21,392 bases of DNA from Candidatus Auribacterota bacterium (GTDB lineage Bacteria > Auribacterota > UBA6266): assembly GCA_023136205.1 (NCBI GenBank), contig JAGLRQ010000078.1, positions 1 to 21,392 on the forward strand, given 5' to 3'. The notes below the pieces were generated by a model that did no database searches, was not told the DNA's origin, and saw nothing but the letters and a program-made list of their open reading frames with translations. The position numbers were made by a program, and so were the translations under genes. Of this stretch, positions 5,642 through 13,070 are shown in pieces; within the stretch, counting starts at the first letter, position 1, and each line of letters opens with the position of its first letter.

Positions 5642-6371
5642 AATATTTTATAAACTTGTAAAAATATCTTTAATAGCTAGTTTGTTAAGCTATGTACTCT
5701 TTGTTCTTATATTTGCGGCGGCGGCGTTGCTTGTTGAATCACTATTCTTGCAAATAATTGCCGGAATAGTTTTAATAACGGCTCCTATATCTATGTCTTT
5801 CTTTTGGGGGTCTATGATCTATGATTGTGTAGTTACAATAGAAAACAGGAAAAAGATGGCATTATGGTTGTTATTAATAATATTCACAAATTTTACCGGT
5901 TCATTAATATATTACTTTGTTAAGAAAAGATATAGGTATGTCCCTGCGGGGGAGGTAACGGTAGAGGAAAAACAAGATATAAATTGGTGGGATAAAAATT
6001 GGAAGTGGATTGTCCCTGCCGGTTGCTTAACAATAGTATTGATATTTTTTATTTTCATAGGAGCTTTGTTTGTTGGAATAAGTTCTATAATGAAAGGAAT
6101 GGCTGTTTATAAATATCCTATGAAACTTGTGAATCAAAATGAAGGAATAACAGAACTTCTTGGGAGTCCTATAGAGTCCACTTTTATGATGCAAGGGGAT
6201 GTTTCGACAAAGGGAGATTCCGGAATAGCTGATTTATTAATTCCTGTAAAAGGCCCTAAAGGCACGGGGACAATATATGTTAGTGCTGAAAAGAACTTGG
6301 GGCAGTGGGAATATATCACTTTAGAGATAAAAATAAAATCAACTTCTGAAAGAATTAATTTAATTGAATAA
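5637..6371 (+). CDS. Membrane protein with a PLDc_N-like short TM motif and a C-terminal Coa1-like (cytochrome oxidase assembly factor 1 family) domain
   Basis: 244 aa with multiple N-terminal TM helices. LLLIIFTNFTGSLIYYFVKKR resembles the PLD-nuclease N-terminal motif. The C-terminus (V..N..I.ELLGSPI......GD.S..G..G.A.L.IPVKGPKG.GTIYV.A.K..G.WEY..L) resembles Coa1-family domains. No attC is recognisable downstream. Confidence 0.55.
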   Translation: MRIFYKLVKISLIASLLSYVLFVLIFAAAALLVESLFLQIIAGIVLITAPISMSFFWGSMIYDCVVTIENRKKMALWLLLIIFTNFTGSLIYYFVKKRYRYVPAGEVTVEEKQDINWWDKNWKWIVPAGCLTIVLIFFIFIGALFVGISSIMKGMAVYKYPMKLVNQNEGITELLGSPIESTFMMQGDVSTKGDSGIADLLIPVKGPKGTGTIYVSAEKNLGQWEYITLEIKIKSTSERINLIE

Positions 6372-6429
6372 ATTGAGCAAACGGAAACATAGATAACACT
6401 TTCTTCCGGGTACATGGGTAACACTAATT

Positions 6430-7605
6430 TTAATCTTCAAAGATTTTATCAAAGTTACCGGTTTCCCGCATTAGTTTCCGCCATTTACAAACAAAATCAT
6501 TGTACCTTTCAAACACCTTTTCTTCTTTTTCGTAGGCAGACTCAAGCGTCGAAACAAGTTTCTCCGTTTTCTCCGCAAGATCACTTTTTGCGGTTTTATT
6601 ATATTGTAATGTTAAAAGTTTGCCTGCCGCCCTCACGTTCGGGATTAAGGTGCTTTCAAGAAATTTAGCCGGATAGGGCTGCAGCGAAGATATAGGGACA
6701 GGGACAAAACCTTCTTTCGCTTCAGGTTGAGTTTTTAGCTTTTTCCTTATATGCATGAACCCCATCGCGTCCCTTTTAAAACACTCCCATTCTTCCGGCT
6801 TCTCAGGAACAGAACAGCTCTTTACACAAAATTTCTCATCTAAAATAAATTCAAACCCATACATTCTTGAAGATATCAGATAATCAATATCTTCCTTTCC
6901 CAGAATAAAGGGGTCATAAGGAATTTTCTCAAATAATTTTCTATGAACTACCGTGTTTCCTTCTAAAAACATGTTTCCCCTGTTGTCATTAAACAACTCC
7001 TCAACAACAGAAGATTCATCCCATGATTTCTCCTTCCACTCCGGAAGTTTTTCCTTCACGCCCTCAACACATGAACAACCCATTGCTCCATATACCGCGC
7101 TTTCACCCTTAAGAGCCCGTCCAATATTTTTAGTGGCCAGCTCCAGCCAATCAGGCAATTCAATAAGCGAGTTATCTTTAAGTATTATCGCAATTTCGGC
7201 TCCCAAAACATGGGCCGCAAGCAAACCTAAATTTTTTATCTGGCCGGGATTTCCGTATTCAATATGCTCCGTAAGCTCTCCAAACCCCTTAATCGTAAGC
7301 AGGTCTCTCACCCTTGTCATCTGCCGGAGAGCAAAAAGTTTCACATCCAGAAATTCTTTATATGGATCAATAAGTACCTGAAGCTTCTTCTGCATCTGTA
7401 TATCATAACCCTTGTGATTAGACACTCCAAGGAGGACAACCGCAAAATCTTTATCATTCAGCTTTTTTAAACTATCCAATAGATTGATTACAGGGCACTG
7501 GCCGTCCAGAGGTGTAAAATGCTCCAATACAAAATCTTTCCTGGCAGACTTAACATGTTCGAGGGGCGGCCCCCAGTAAGTTGGTATCACAAACACTTTT
7601 TTCAA
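6430..7605 (-). CDS. Hypothetical protein, possibly a glycosyltransferase-like fold. Last gene of the polX-nth operon.
   Basis: 391-aa ORF with a TTG start, preceded by GAAGGAGA 6 nt upstream. It begins 28 nt after the nth stop. The N-terminal VFVIPTYW resembles GT-A starts, but I cannot see a clear DxD motif. Confidence 0.6.
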   Translation of the reverse strand: MKKVFVIPTYWGPPLEHVKSARKDFVLEHFTPLDGQCPVINLLDSLKKLNDKDFAVVLLGVSNHKGYDIQMQKKLQVLIDPYKEFLDVKLFALRQMTRVRDLLTIKGFGELTEHIEYGNPGQIKNLGLLAAHVLGAEIAIILKDNSLIELPDWLELATKNIGRALKGESAVYGAMGCSCVEGVKEKLPEWKEKSWDESSVVEELFNDNRGNMFLEGNTVVHRKLFEKIPYDPFILGKEDIDYLISSRMYGFEFILDEKFCVKSCSVPEKPEEWECFKRDAMGFMHIRKKLKTQPEAKEGFVPVPISSLQPYPAKFLESTLIPNVRAAGKLLTLQYNKTAKSDLAEKTEKLVSTLESAYEKEEKVFERYNDFVCKWRKLMRETGNFDKIFED

Positions 7606-7633
7606 AATAATCTCCTTCTGCTGCCTGATTCTT

Positions 7634-8272
7634 TTATCCCGTCTTTCCCTTATAACTGCAAAGTTTTTCTATTATACACTTATCGCATAGCGGCTTTCGA
7701 GCTTTACAGATATTTCTTCCATGAGAAATTAAAAAATGTGACATCATTGTCCATTTGTTCTTGTCTATTATCTTCATTATATCAAATTCTATTTTTACAG
7801 GGTTTTTATTTTTTGATAAACCGATACGATTAGTCAGGCGTAAAACATGTGTATCCACCGCTATCCCGGGAATCGCGAAAGCATTTCCCAGCACAACATT
7901 AGCAGTTTTCCTGCCTATCCCGGGAAGGCCTTTAAGTTCTTCCATCGTTGAGGGAACCTCCGCTTGAAAATTTTCAACTATCTCCTTACAGCAGGCAATT
8001 ACATTTTTAGCTTTATTCCTGAAAAACCCGGTACTCCTTATCTCCTGCTCAAGTTCAGGCTGCTTTGCCCCGGCAAAAGCGGCAATACTTGGATATTTCT
8101 TAAAAAGGGCCGGTGTTACTTTATTAACTCTCACATCGGTACATTGCGCGGATAAAATCGTAGCTATCAAAAGCTGGAATGGTTTTTTGAAATTCAAAGC
8201 AGTTTTTGCATCGGGATATTCCTTTAAAAGCAATTTGTAAACTTTATCAGCCTTATGCTGTAAATTCATCAA
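7634..8272 (-). CDS. nth: Endonuclease III (DNA-(apurinic or apyrimidinic site) lyase)
   Basis: 212 aa. HhH-GPD motif LPGIGRKTANVVL and a C-terminal 4Fe-4S cluster loop C-x6-C-x2-C-x5-C (CKARKPLCDKCIIEKLC). GGAGA Shine-Dalgarno sequence. Confidence 0.92.
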   Translation of the reverse strand: MMNLQHKADKVYKLLLKEYPDAKTALNFKKPFQLLIATILSAQCTDVRVNKVTPALFKKYPSIAAFAGAKQPELEQEIRSTGFFRNKAKNVIACCKEIVENFQAEVPSTMEELKGLPGIGRKTANVVLGNAFAIPGIAVDTHVLRLTNRIGLSKNKNPVKIEFDIMKIIDKNKWTMMSHFLISHGRNICKARKPLCDKCIIEKLCSYKGKTG

Positions 8273-8316
8273 ATATCTCCGTGTTTAGTATCTCGCATTT
8301 CGTAGATAGTTTTTTC

Positions 8317-8351
8317 GATTCACGATTCACTATTCACCATTCACCATTCAC
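8317..8351 (-). repeat. Five tandem heptamers, (GTGAATN)5 on the coding strand, between the polX stop and the nth start
   Basis: Plus strand reads GATTCAC GATTCAC TATTCAC CATTCAC CATTCAC. It overlaps the polX TGA stop at 8348-8350. Confidence 0.85.
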
Positions 8352-10084
8352 TGCCTTTTAATATTATCAAAAAACTTTTTAATCTCACCGGCGGATTTCA
8401 CATTCAATATGTCTTTTTTCTCAAGCCATCCTTTCCTTGCAATTCCTACTCCATACTTTATGTCTTTTACGCCCTCCATATCATGGGCATCGGGGTTGAT
8501 TGAAACCGGGACACCAAGTTCTTTAGCCATTTTGCAGTACCGCCAGTCAAGATCTAACCTGTGAGGATTGGCATTTAATTCGATAGCCTTGTTTTCCCCT
8601 GCCAGGGCTTTAAGAATTTTTTCAACGTCTACTTCATAACCGGTGCGGCTCAGGAGCAGTCTTCCTGTAAGATGGCCGATCATTGTCGTGTAAGGATTTT
8701 TCACTGCTTTAATAATTCTTTTTGTCATTTCATCTTTTGACATTTTAAATTTGCTATGAATTGCCGCCACTATAAAATCAAAATCTCTTAAAATATTTTC
8801 ATCGTAATCAAGAGACCCGTCAGGAAGTATGTCCGACTCTATCCCCTTAAATACAACAAACCCTGTTAATTTCTTGTTAAGCGCGTCTATTTGTTCCCAC
8901 TGCTCTTTAACCCTCTTTTCTTCAAGGCCCCCGGCATAATGAGCGCTCTTTGAGTGGTCGCCTATTCCCAGGTATGAATACCCCTTTCTCTTTGCAAACG
9001 CAGCCATATCATCAAGAGATGCTTTTCCATCAGACGCAATTGTGTGAACATGAATTACGCCCTTAATATCTTTTTCCTCAATCAGAGCAGGGATTTTACC
9101 GGCGGCGGCAAGCTCTATCTCCCCGCGATCTTCTCTCAGCTCAGGCGGGATAAAAGACAACCCCAGCTTCGAAAAAATCTCCTTTTCATCTTTACAGGAG
9201 ATATTTTTGTCCCCCTTAAAAAGGCCGTATTCGTTCATTTTGAGGCCCTTACTTTTTGAGAGAGCTCTCATTGCCGTGTTGTGCTCTTTGCTTCCGGTAA
9301 AGTGATGAAGGGCATAAGGATATTTTTGATCCGGGACTATCCTTATGTCAGCATTGATGCCTGACTTAAGTTTTACACTGGTTTTCGTCGGGCCTTTTGC
9401 TATTACCTCATCAACCTGGGAAAGAGAACTAAACGCGTCCATTACCGGTTCGGATTGCGAAGACCCGGCCACAAAGTCTATATCCCCGACAATTTCTTTC
9501 CGCCTCCGCAAACTTCCGGCAATTTCCATCCTGTTTATTTTTTTACCGGCTTTTTTCTTAAGCTCTGCCATCAGTTTCTCCGCTTCTTCCAAAGCTGTTG
9601 ATACATGAAAGCGATCACTGTAAGACATATGGTATTTTATTCCTTTGAGAATATTTTCCTGCGTCTTTTCTCCAAACCCTTCGATTGAAACCAGGCGGTT
9701 TTCCCTGCAGGCATGTTCCAGCTCTCCGAGTGTTTTAATCCTTAGCTTTTCATAAAGCACATGAATTTTTTTAGGGCCAAGCCCTTCAATGGCAAGCATC
9801 TCAAAAACACCGGGAGGGATCGAGTCCTTAAGCTCATCATAGTACTTTATATGGCCGGATGAAAAAAATTCTTCTATTTTTTCCGCTATGCCTTTCCCAA
9901 TATCTTTTATGGACAACAGCTCTTTGTTTTTTACCGCGTCATCCAGAGAGCCCTGGAACTGCTCAAGAGACCTGACCGCGTTAAGATACGCCCTGATTTT
10001 AAAAGGGTTTTCCTTTTTAAGCTCCATGAGGGCCCCGATATTTTCCAGAACCTCTAACAATTTACTTTTATCAAGCTTGCTCAT
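8348..10084 (-). CDS. polX: PolX-family DNA polymerase / 3'-5' exonuclease with a C-terminal PHP domain
   Basis: 578 aa. The N-terminal pol-beta-like core has HhH motifs (GIGKGIAEKI, GLGPKK, GFGEKT) and the nucleotidyltransferase motif GSLRRRKEIVGDIDF. The C-terminal PHP domain has HVHT..SDG ... GDHS. Confidence 0.9.
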   Translation of the reverse strand: MSKLDKSKLLEVLENIGALMELKKENPFKIRAYLNAVRSLEQFQGSLDDAVKNKELLSIKDIGKGIAEKIEEFFSSGHIKYYDELKDSIPPGVFEMLAIEGLGPKKIHVLYEKLRIKTLGELEHACRENRLVSIEGFGEKTQENILKGIKYHMSYSDRFHVSTALEEAEKLMAELKKKAGKKINRMEIAGSLRRRKEIVGDIDFVAGSSQSEPVMDAFSSLSQVDEVIAKGPTKTSVKLKSGINADIRIVPDQKYPYALHHFTGSKEHNTAMRALSKSKGLKMNEYGLFKGDKNISCKDEKEIFSKLGLSFIPPELREDRGEIELAAAGKIPALIEEKDIKGVIHVHTIASDGKASLDDMAAFAKRKGYSYLGIGDHSKSAHYAGGLEEKRVKEQWEQIDALNKKLTGFVVFKGIESDILPDGSLDYDENILRDFDFIVAAIHSKFKMSKDEMTKRIIKAVKNPYTTMIGHLTGRLLLSRTGYEVDVEKILKALAGENKAIELNANPHRLDLDWRYCKMAKELGVPVSINPDAHDMEGVKDIKYGVGIARKGWLEKKDILNVKSAGEIKKFFDNIKRQ

Positions 10085-10209
10085 AATTTAATTTAAAAGA
10101 TAAGGGAATTTATGTATAATACCGTTTATTGAGATTATAGGCTTTTTTAGTTATTTTTGAAAAACAAAAAAGAAAAGAGTGTAAAACACAGGACATAAGT
10201 GAATTAATA

Positions 10210-10764
10210 ATGGAAAAACTTATCAGGCAACTTTTAAAAGAAATAGGGGAAAACCCAAACAGGGAAGGGCTGATTAAAACTCCCCAAAGGGTAGAGCAGT
10301 CATTAAAATTCCTCACAAAAGGATATAAAGAAGACCCTGTAAAACTACTGCAGGATTCTGTGTTCGAAGAAAAATATGATGAAATGGTCATTCTGAAAGA
10401 TATTGAACTCTTCAGCCTTTGTGAACACCATCTTATGCCTTTTTACGGGAAATGTCATGTAGCCTACATACCCGACAATAAAGTTATAGGCCTTTCAAAA
10501 ATCCCCCGTCTCGTTGAAATCTACAGCAGAAGGCTTCAAATTCAGGAAAGGCTCACAACTCAAATAGCACATACTTTCCAAAAAGTTGTAAAACCTCTCG
10601 GGGTTGCAGTTGTCGTCGAAGCATTCCATCTCTGTATGGCAATGAGAGGGGTAGAAAAGAAAAATGCTTACTGCACAACCAGCGCAATGCTTGGAGCTTT
10701 CCGTAAAAACAGCAAAACGCGGATGGAATTCATAAACCTCATAAGCAGCAAAAGGCCTTTTTAA
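10210..10764 (+). CDS. folE: GTP cyclohydrolase I
   Basis: 184 aa. Conserved REGL..TP.R, CEHHL.PF.G...V.Y.P...V.GLSK..R and RLQ.QERLT motifs. Confidence 0.92.
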   Translation: MEKLIRQLLKEIGENPNREGLIKTPQRVEQSLKFLTKGYKEDPVKLLQDSVFEEKYDEMVILKDIELFSLCEHHLMPFYGKCHVAYIPDNKVIGLSKIPRLVEIYSRRLQIQERLTTQIAHTFQKVVKPLGVAVVVEAFHLCMAMRGVEKKNAYCTTSAMLGAFRKNSKTRMEFINLISSKRPF

Positions 10765-10767
10765 AAA

Positions 10768-11484
10768 GTGACTCCGGAAACAACAAATATTTCTTATTTA
10801 CTTGCCTTTATATACGGATTTCTTTCTTTTATGTCCCCCTGTGTTTTTCCTTTGATACCATTTTATATTTCTTTTATAACCGGAATATCATTTAACGAAT
10901 TATCCGATTCAAAAGCCCGAAGAAAAATTTTCTTACATACCTTTTTCAGTTCAATACTGTTTGTTCTGGGTTTTTCAGCTGTATTTATAAGCCTGGGAGC
11001 ATCAGCTTCGGTGATAGCAAAAGCTTTCGAAGGGGCAAAAAGGGCAATAGAACTTACGGGGGGAATATTACTTGTCATTTTCGGGCTTCACCTGTGCAAT
11101 ATAATAAAAATTCCTTTCCTGAATTTTGAAAAAAAAATACACTTTAAAAAAAGGCCTTTAGGGGCGCTTGCGCCTTTTCTCTTCGGCCTTATTTTTGCTG
11201 CCGGCTGGACACCCTGCATAGGGCCCCTTGCTGCCGCCGTCATCACTTCTTCCAGCCAGGTAAACAATATTTATCATGCTATGGGATTAATGTTTGTCTT
11301 TTCGCTTGGGATAGGGCTCCCCTTTATTATAATCGCAATGGCATTTAACATATTTCTAAATTTCAGTTCCATAATCCGCAAGCATTTAAACAAGATTCAA
11401 TTAGTTTCCGGGATCTTGATCATAATCACGGGCATTCTCTTTATTTTTAATAAATTCGAAGTTATAATTAGTATAATGTATTAG
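10768..11484 (+). CDS. ccdA: Cytochrome c biogenesis / thiol:disulfide electron-transfer membrane protein, CcdA (DsbD transmembrane domain) family
   Basis: 238 aa. GTG start 3 nt after the folE stop. Polytopic, with both conserved Cys motifs (SFMSPCVFPLIP and GWTPCIGP). Confidence 0.85.
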   Translation: MTPETTNISYLLAFIYGFLSFMSPCVFPLIPFYISFITGISFNELSDSKARRKIFLHTFFSSILFVLGFSAVFISLGASASVIAKAFEGAKRAIELTGGILLVIFGLHLCNIIKIPFLNFEKKIHFKKRPLGALAPFLFGLIFAAGWTPCIGPLAAAVITSSSQVNNIYHAMGLMFVFSLGIGLPFIIIAMAFNIFLNFSSIIRKHLNKIQLVSGILIIITGILFIFNKFEVIISIMY

Positions 11485-11510
11485 AGAATAATTATCTATG
11501 GAGGTGAAAA

Positions 11511-11813
11511 ATGAAACTTCTCAAGCTCGTGTTAATCTTCGTTATAGTTTTCTCAGCTGTTTCCCTGTCTTATGGGGCGGAAAGAGTTATCAGAAGAACT
11601 TACTATTCCGAAAGCCCGTCTTATGAAGAAGTCATTATACCCGAACCTTATTATCAACCTACCACAATAATTACCAGGCCGGGTGAAATAAACAGGGTAA
11701 TTGTGTATCCTTCGAGAAGAATTATTATCAATCCAAACAGGGGATATATTTACAGTACCGGCACTTATTCAACAACGACAATTTCGGAAGAAACCGTGGA
11801 AATAGTTGAGTAG
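11511..11813 (+). CDS. Small exported hypothetical protein
   Basis: 100 aa. GGAGGTGA Shine-Dalgarno sequence. Signal peptide MKLLKLVLIFVIVFSAVSLSYGA. Confidence 0.55.
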   Translation: MKLLKLVLIFVIVFSAVSLSYGAERVIRRTYYSESPSYEEVIIPEPYYQPTTIITRPGEINRVIVYPSRRIIINPNRGYIYSTGTYSTTTISEETVEIVE

Positions 11814-11856
11814 CGAATAGAAACAATTTATTTGCTAGATACGAGATACTGCTTCT

Positions 11857-12111
11857 CTAATGGATACGATTATTTAAGGGGATATGTAATGTTTTTCCTT
11901 TGAGTGATTCGGATATTTCTTCTAACGCATAGCCCGGTTCAGCAAAGTCACCCCCGAACCCAACTGTATTGGAAACGAAGAAAGAGACCAAGTGCTTCAT
12001 TTTATCAAAAACTTCTTCCAAATCTACTCCTCGAGTTGAAACCCCTAACTCAGAGCATTTTGCTTCGAACCCACCATCATCTTTCTCTATTATCTCTATA
12101 GAAAAACGCAT
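11857..12111 (-). CDS. HicB-like / UPF0150-fold small protein (possible orphan antitoxin-like protein)
   Basis: 84 aa with an AAGGAG Shine-Dalgarno sequence. The N-terminal pattern MRFSIEIIEKDDGGFEAKCSELGVSTRGVDLEEVFDKMKHLV matches the HicB N-terminal domain pattern (f.v.ie....GGy.a...el.....G.tleEa). Confidence 0.5.
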   Translation of the reverse strand: MRFSIEIIEKDDGGFEAKCSELGVSTRGVDLEEVFDKMKHLVSFFVSNTVGFGGDFAEPGYALEEISESLKGKTLHIPLNNRIH

Positions 12112-12134
12112 TTTCTTACTCCTTAACCTATTAA

Positions 12135-13061
12135 TTAAGTAGCTTCACAGATTTTTAACATTCTCTGCCATTCCTGGTCAACATCTTTTTGAATCTCTTC
12201 CAGCAAGGGCTTGTTTTCTTCTTTAAACAAGTGTTTAAAACGGCTTTGAGGCTTTAAAAACTCGGTTATGGGTTTTTTCCTGTCTTTGGGATTATAGTTA
12301 AGTTTATAAACCCCGTTTTCAACTTCAAAAACAGGCCAGAAACAAGTCTCTTTTGCCAGCCGCCCCATTTCAATCGTCCTGCTGGGTTCATAACCCCATC
12401 CAAGCCTGCACGGCTGAAAAACATTTATAAATGTAGGCCCTTTTATTGACAGGGCTTTCTCCACTTTTCTTGTCAGATCTGCCCAATCTCCCACCACTGC
12501 CTGTGCTACATAAGGAATATGATGCGCGACAAGAATTGCCGTAAAGTCTTTTCTTTTTTGAGTTTTCCCCTGTTCTACTTTCCCGGCAGGCGCGGTTGTA
12601 GTATTCGCTCCCTTAGGTGTAGCGCTTGACCTTTGAATACCCGTATTCATATAAGCACCGTTATCATAACAGACATAAAGCATATCATGGCCGCGCTCCA
12701 TTGCTCCGGAAAGTGCCTGGAGTCCTATATCATAGGTCCCACCGTCTCCGCCAAAAGCAATAAACTTAACCTCCTTATCATATCTTTTTTGCGCCTTTAA
12801 AGATTGATAACAGGCTTCTACTCCGCTTATTGTTGCCGCGGCATTTTCAAAAGCATTGTGTATAAAAGGTACATTCCATGCCGTAAAAGGAAATATCGTT
12901 GAAAAAACTTCAAGACACCCTGTGGCATTTGCTACCACGACATTTCCGTCAGTCGCCATCAGAACATGGCGCGCGACAATAGCGGCACCGCAACCGGCAC
13001 ATCCGCGGTGGCCGTTAGTAAAATATTCCGGTTTTTTTGCAAGCTCTTTTAACGTTGCCAT
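12135..13061 (-). CDS. porB: Pyruvate:ferredoxin (2-oxoacid:ferredoxin) oxidoreductase, beta subunit (TPP-binding)
   Basis: 308 aa. GCAGCG near the N-terminus, GGDGGTYDIG TPP-binding motif, AGGAGA Shine-Dalgarno sequence. Follows porA in porGDAB order. Confidence 0.9.
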   Translation of the reverse strand: MATLKELAKKPEYFTNGHRGCAGCGAAIVARHVLMATDGNVVVANATGCLEVFSTIFPFTAWNVPFIHNAFENAAATISGVEACYQSLKAQKRYDKEVKFIAFGGDGGTYDIGLQALSGAMERGHDMLYVCYDNGAYMNTGIQRSSATPKGANTTTAPAGKVEQGKTQKRKDFTAILVAHHIPYVAQAVVGDWADLTRKVEKALSIKGPTFINVFQPCRLGWGYEPSRTIEMGRLAKETCFWPVFEVENGVYKLNYNPKDRKKPITEFLKPQSRFKHLFKEENKPLLEEIQKDVDQEWQRMLKICEAT

Positions 13062-13070
13062 ATTTATCTC

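Larger units (their letters stand above)
1..6371 (+). mobile_element. Integron-type gene-cassette array (attC-bounded cassettes). No integrase in the window, so a CALIN or the distal end of a sedentary chromosomal integron.
   Basis: All ORFs are on the + strand. The intergenic imperfect palindromes have R''/L''/L'/R' organisation with 5-nt and 6-nt spacers. R'' boxes sit at or just after stop codons. GC is very low compared with the flanking core genes. The array ends where a convergent core operon begins at 6430. Confidence 0.7.

Noticed and set aside
1-6429. Looked for an integron integrase (tyrosine recombinase) or attI within the accessory region.
   Set aside because: No ORF on either strand has recombinase features. 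All sizeable ORFs are accounted for. The integrase, if any, must lie outside the window.
6414-7833. Plus-strand ORFs 6414-6668, 6953-7381, 7264-7470 and 7519-7833.
   Set aside because: They are antisense to, or overlap, the 391-aa gene and nth. They have low-complexity S/F/L-rich translations and no ribosome-binding sites.
10110-10391. Minus-strand 93-aa ORF overlapping the folE start.
   Set aside because: It is antisense to folE and to the divergent promoter region, and gives a serine/phenylalanine-rich low-complexity translation.
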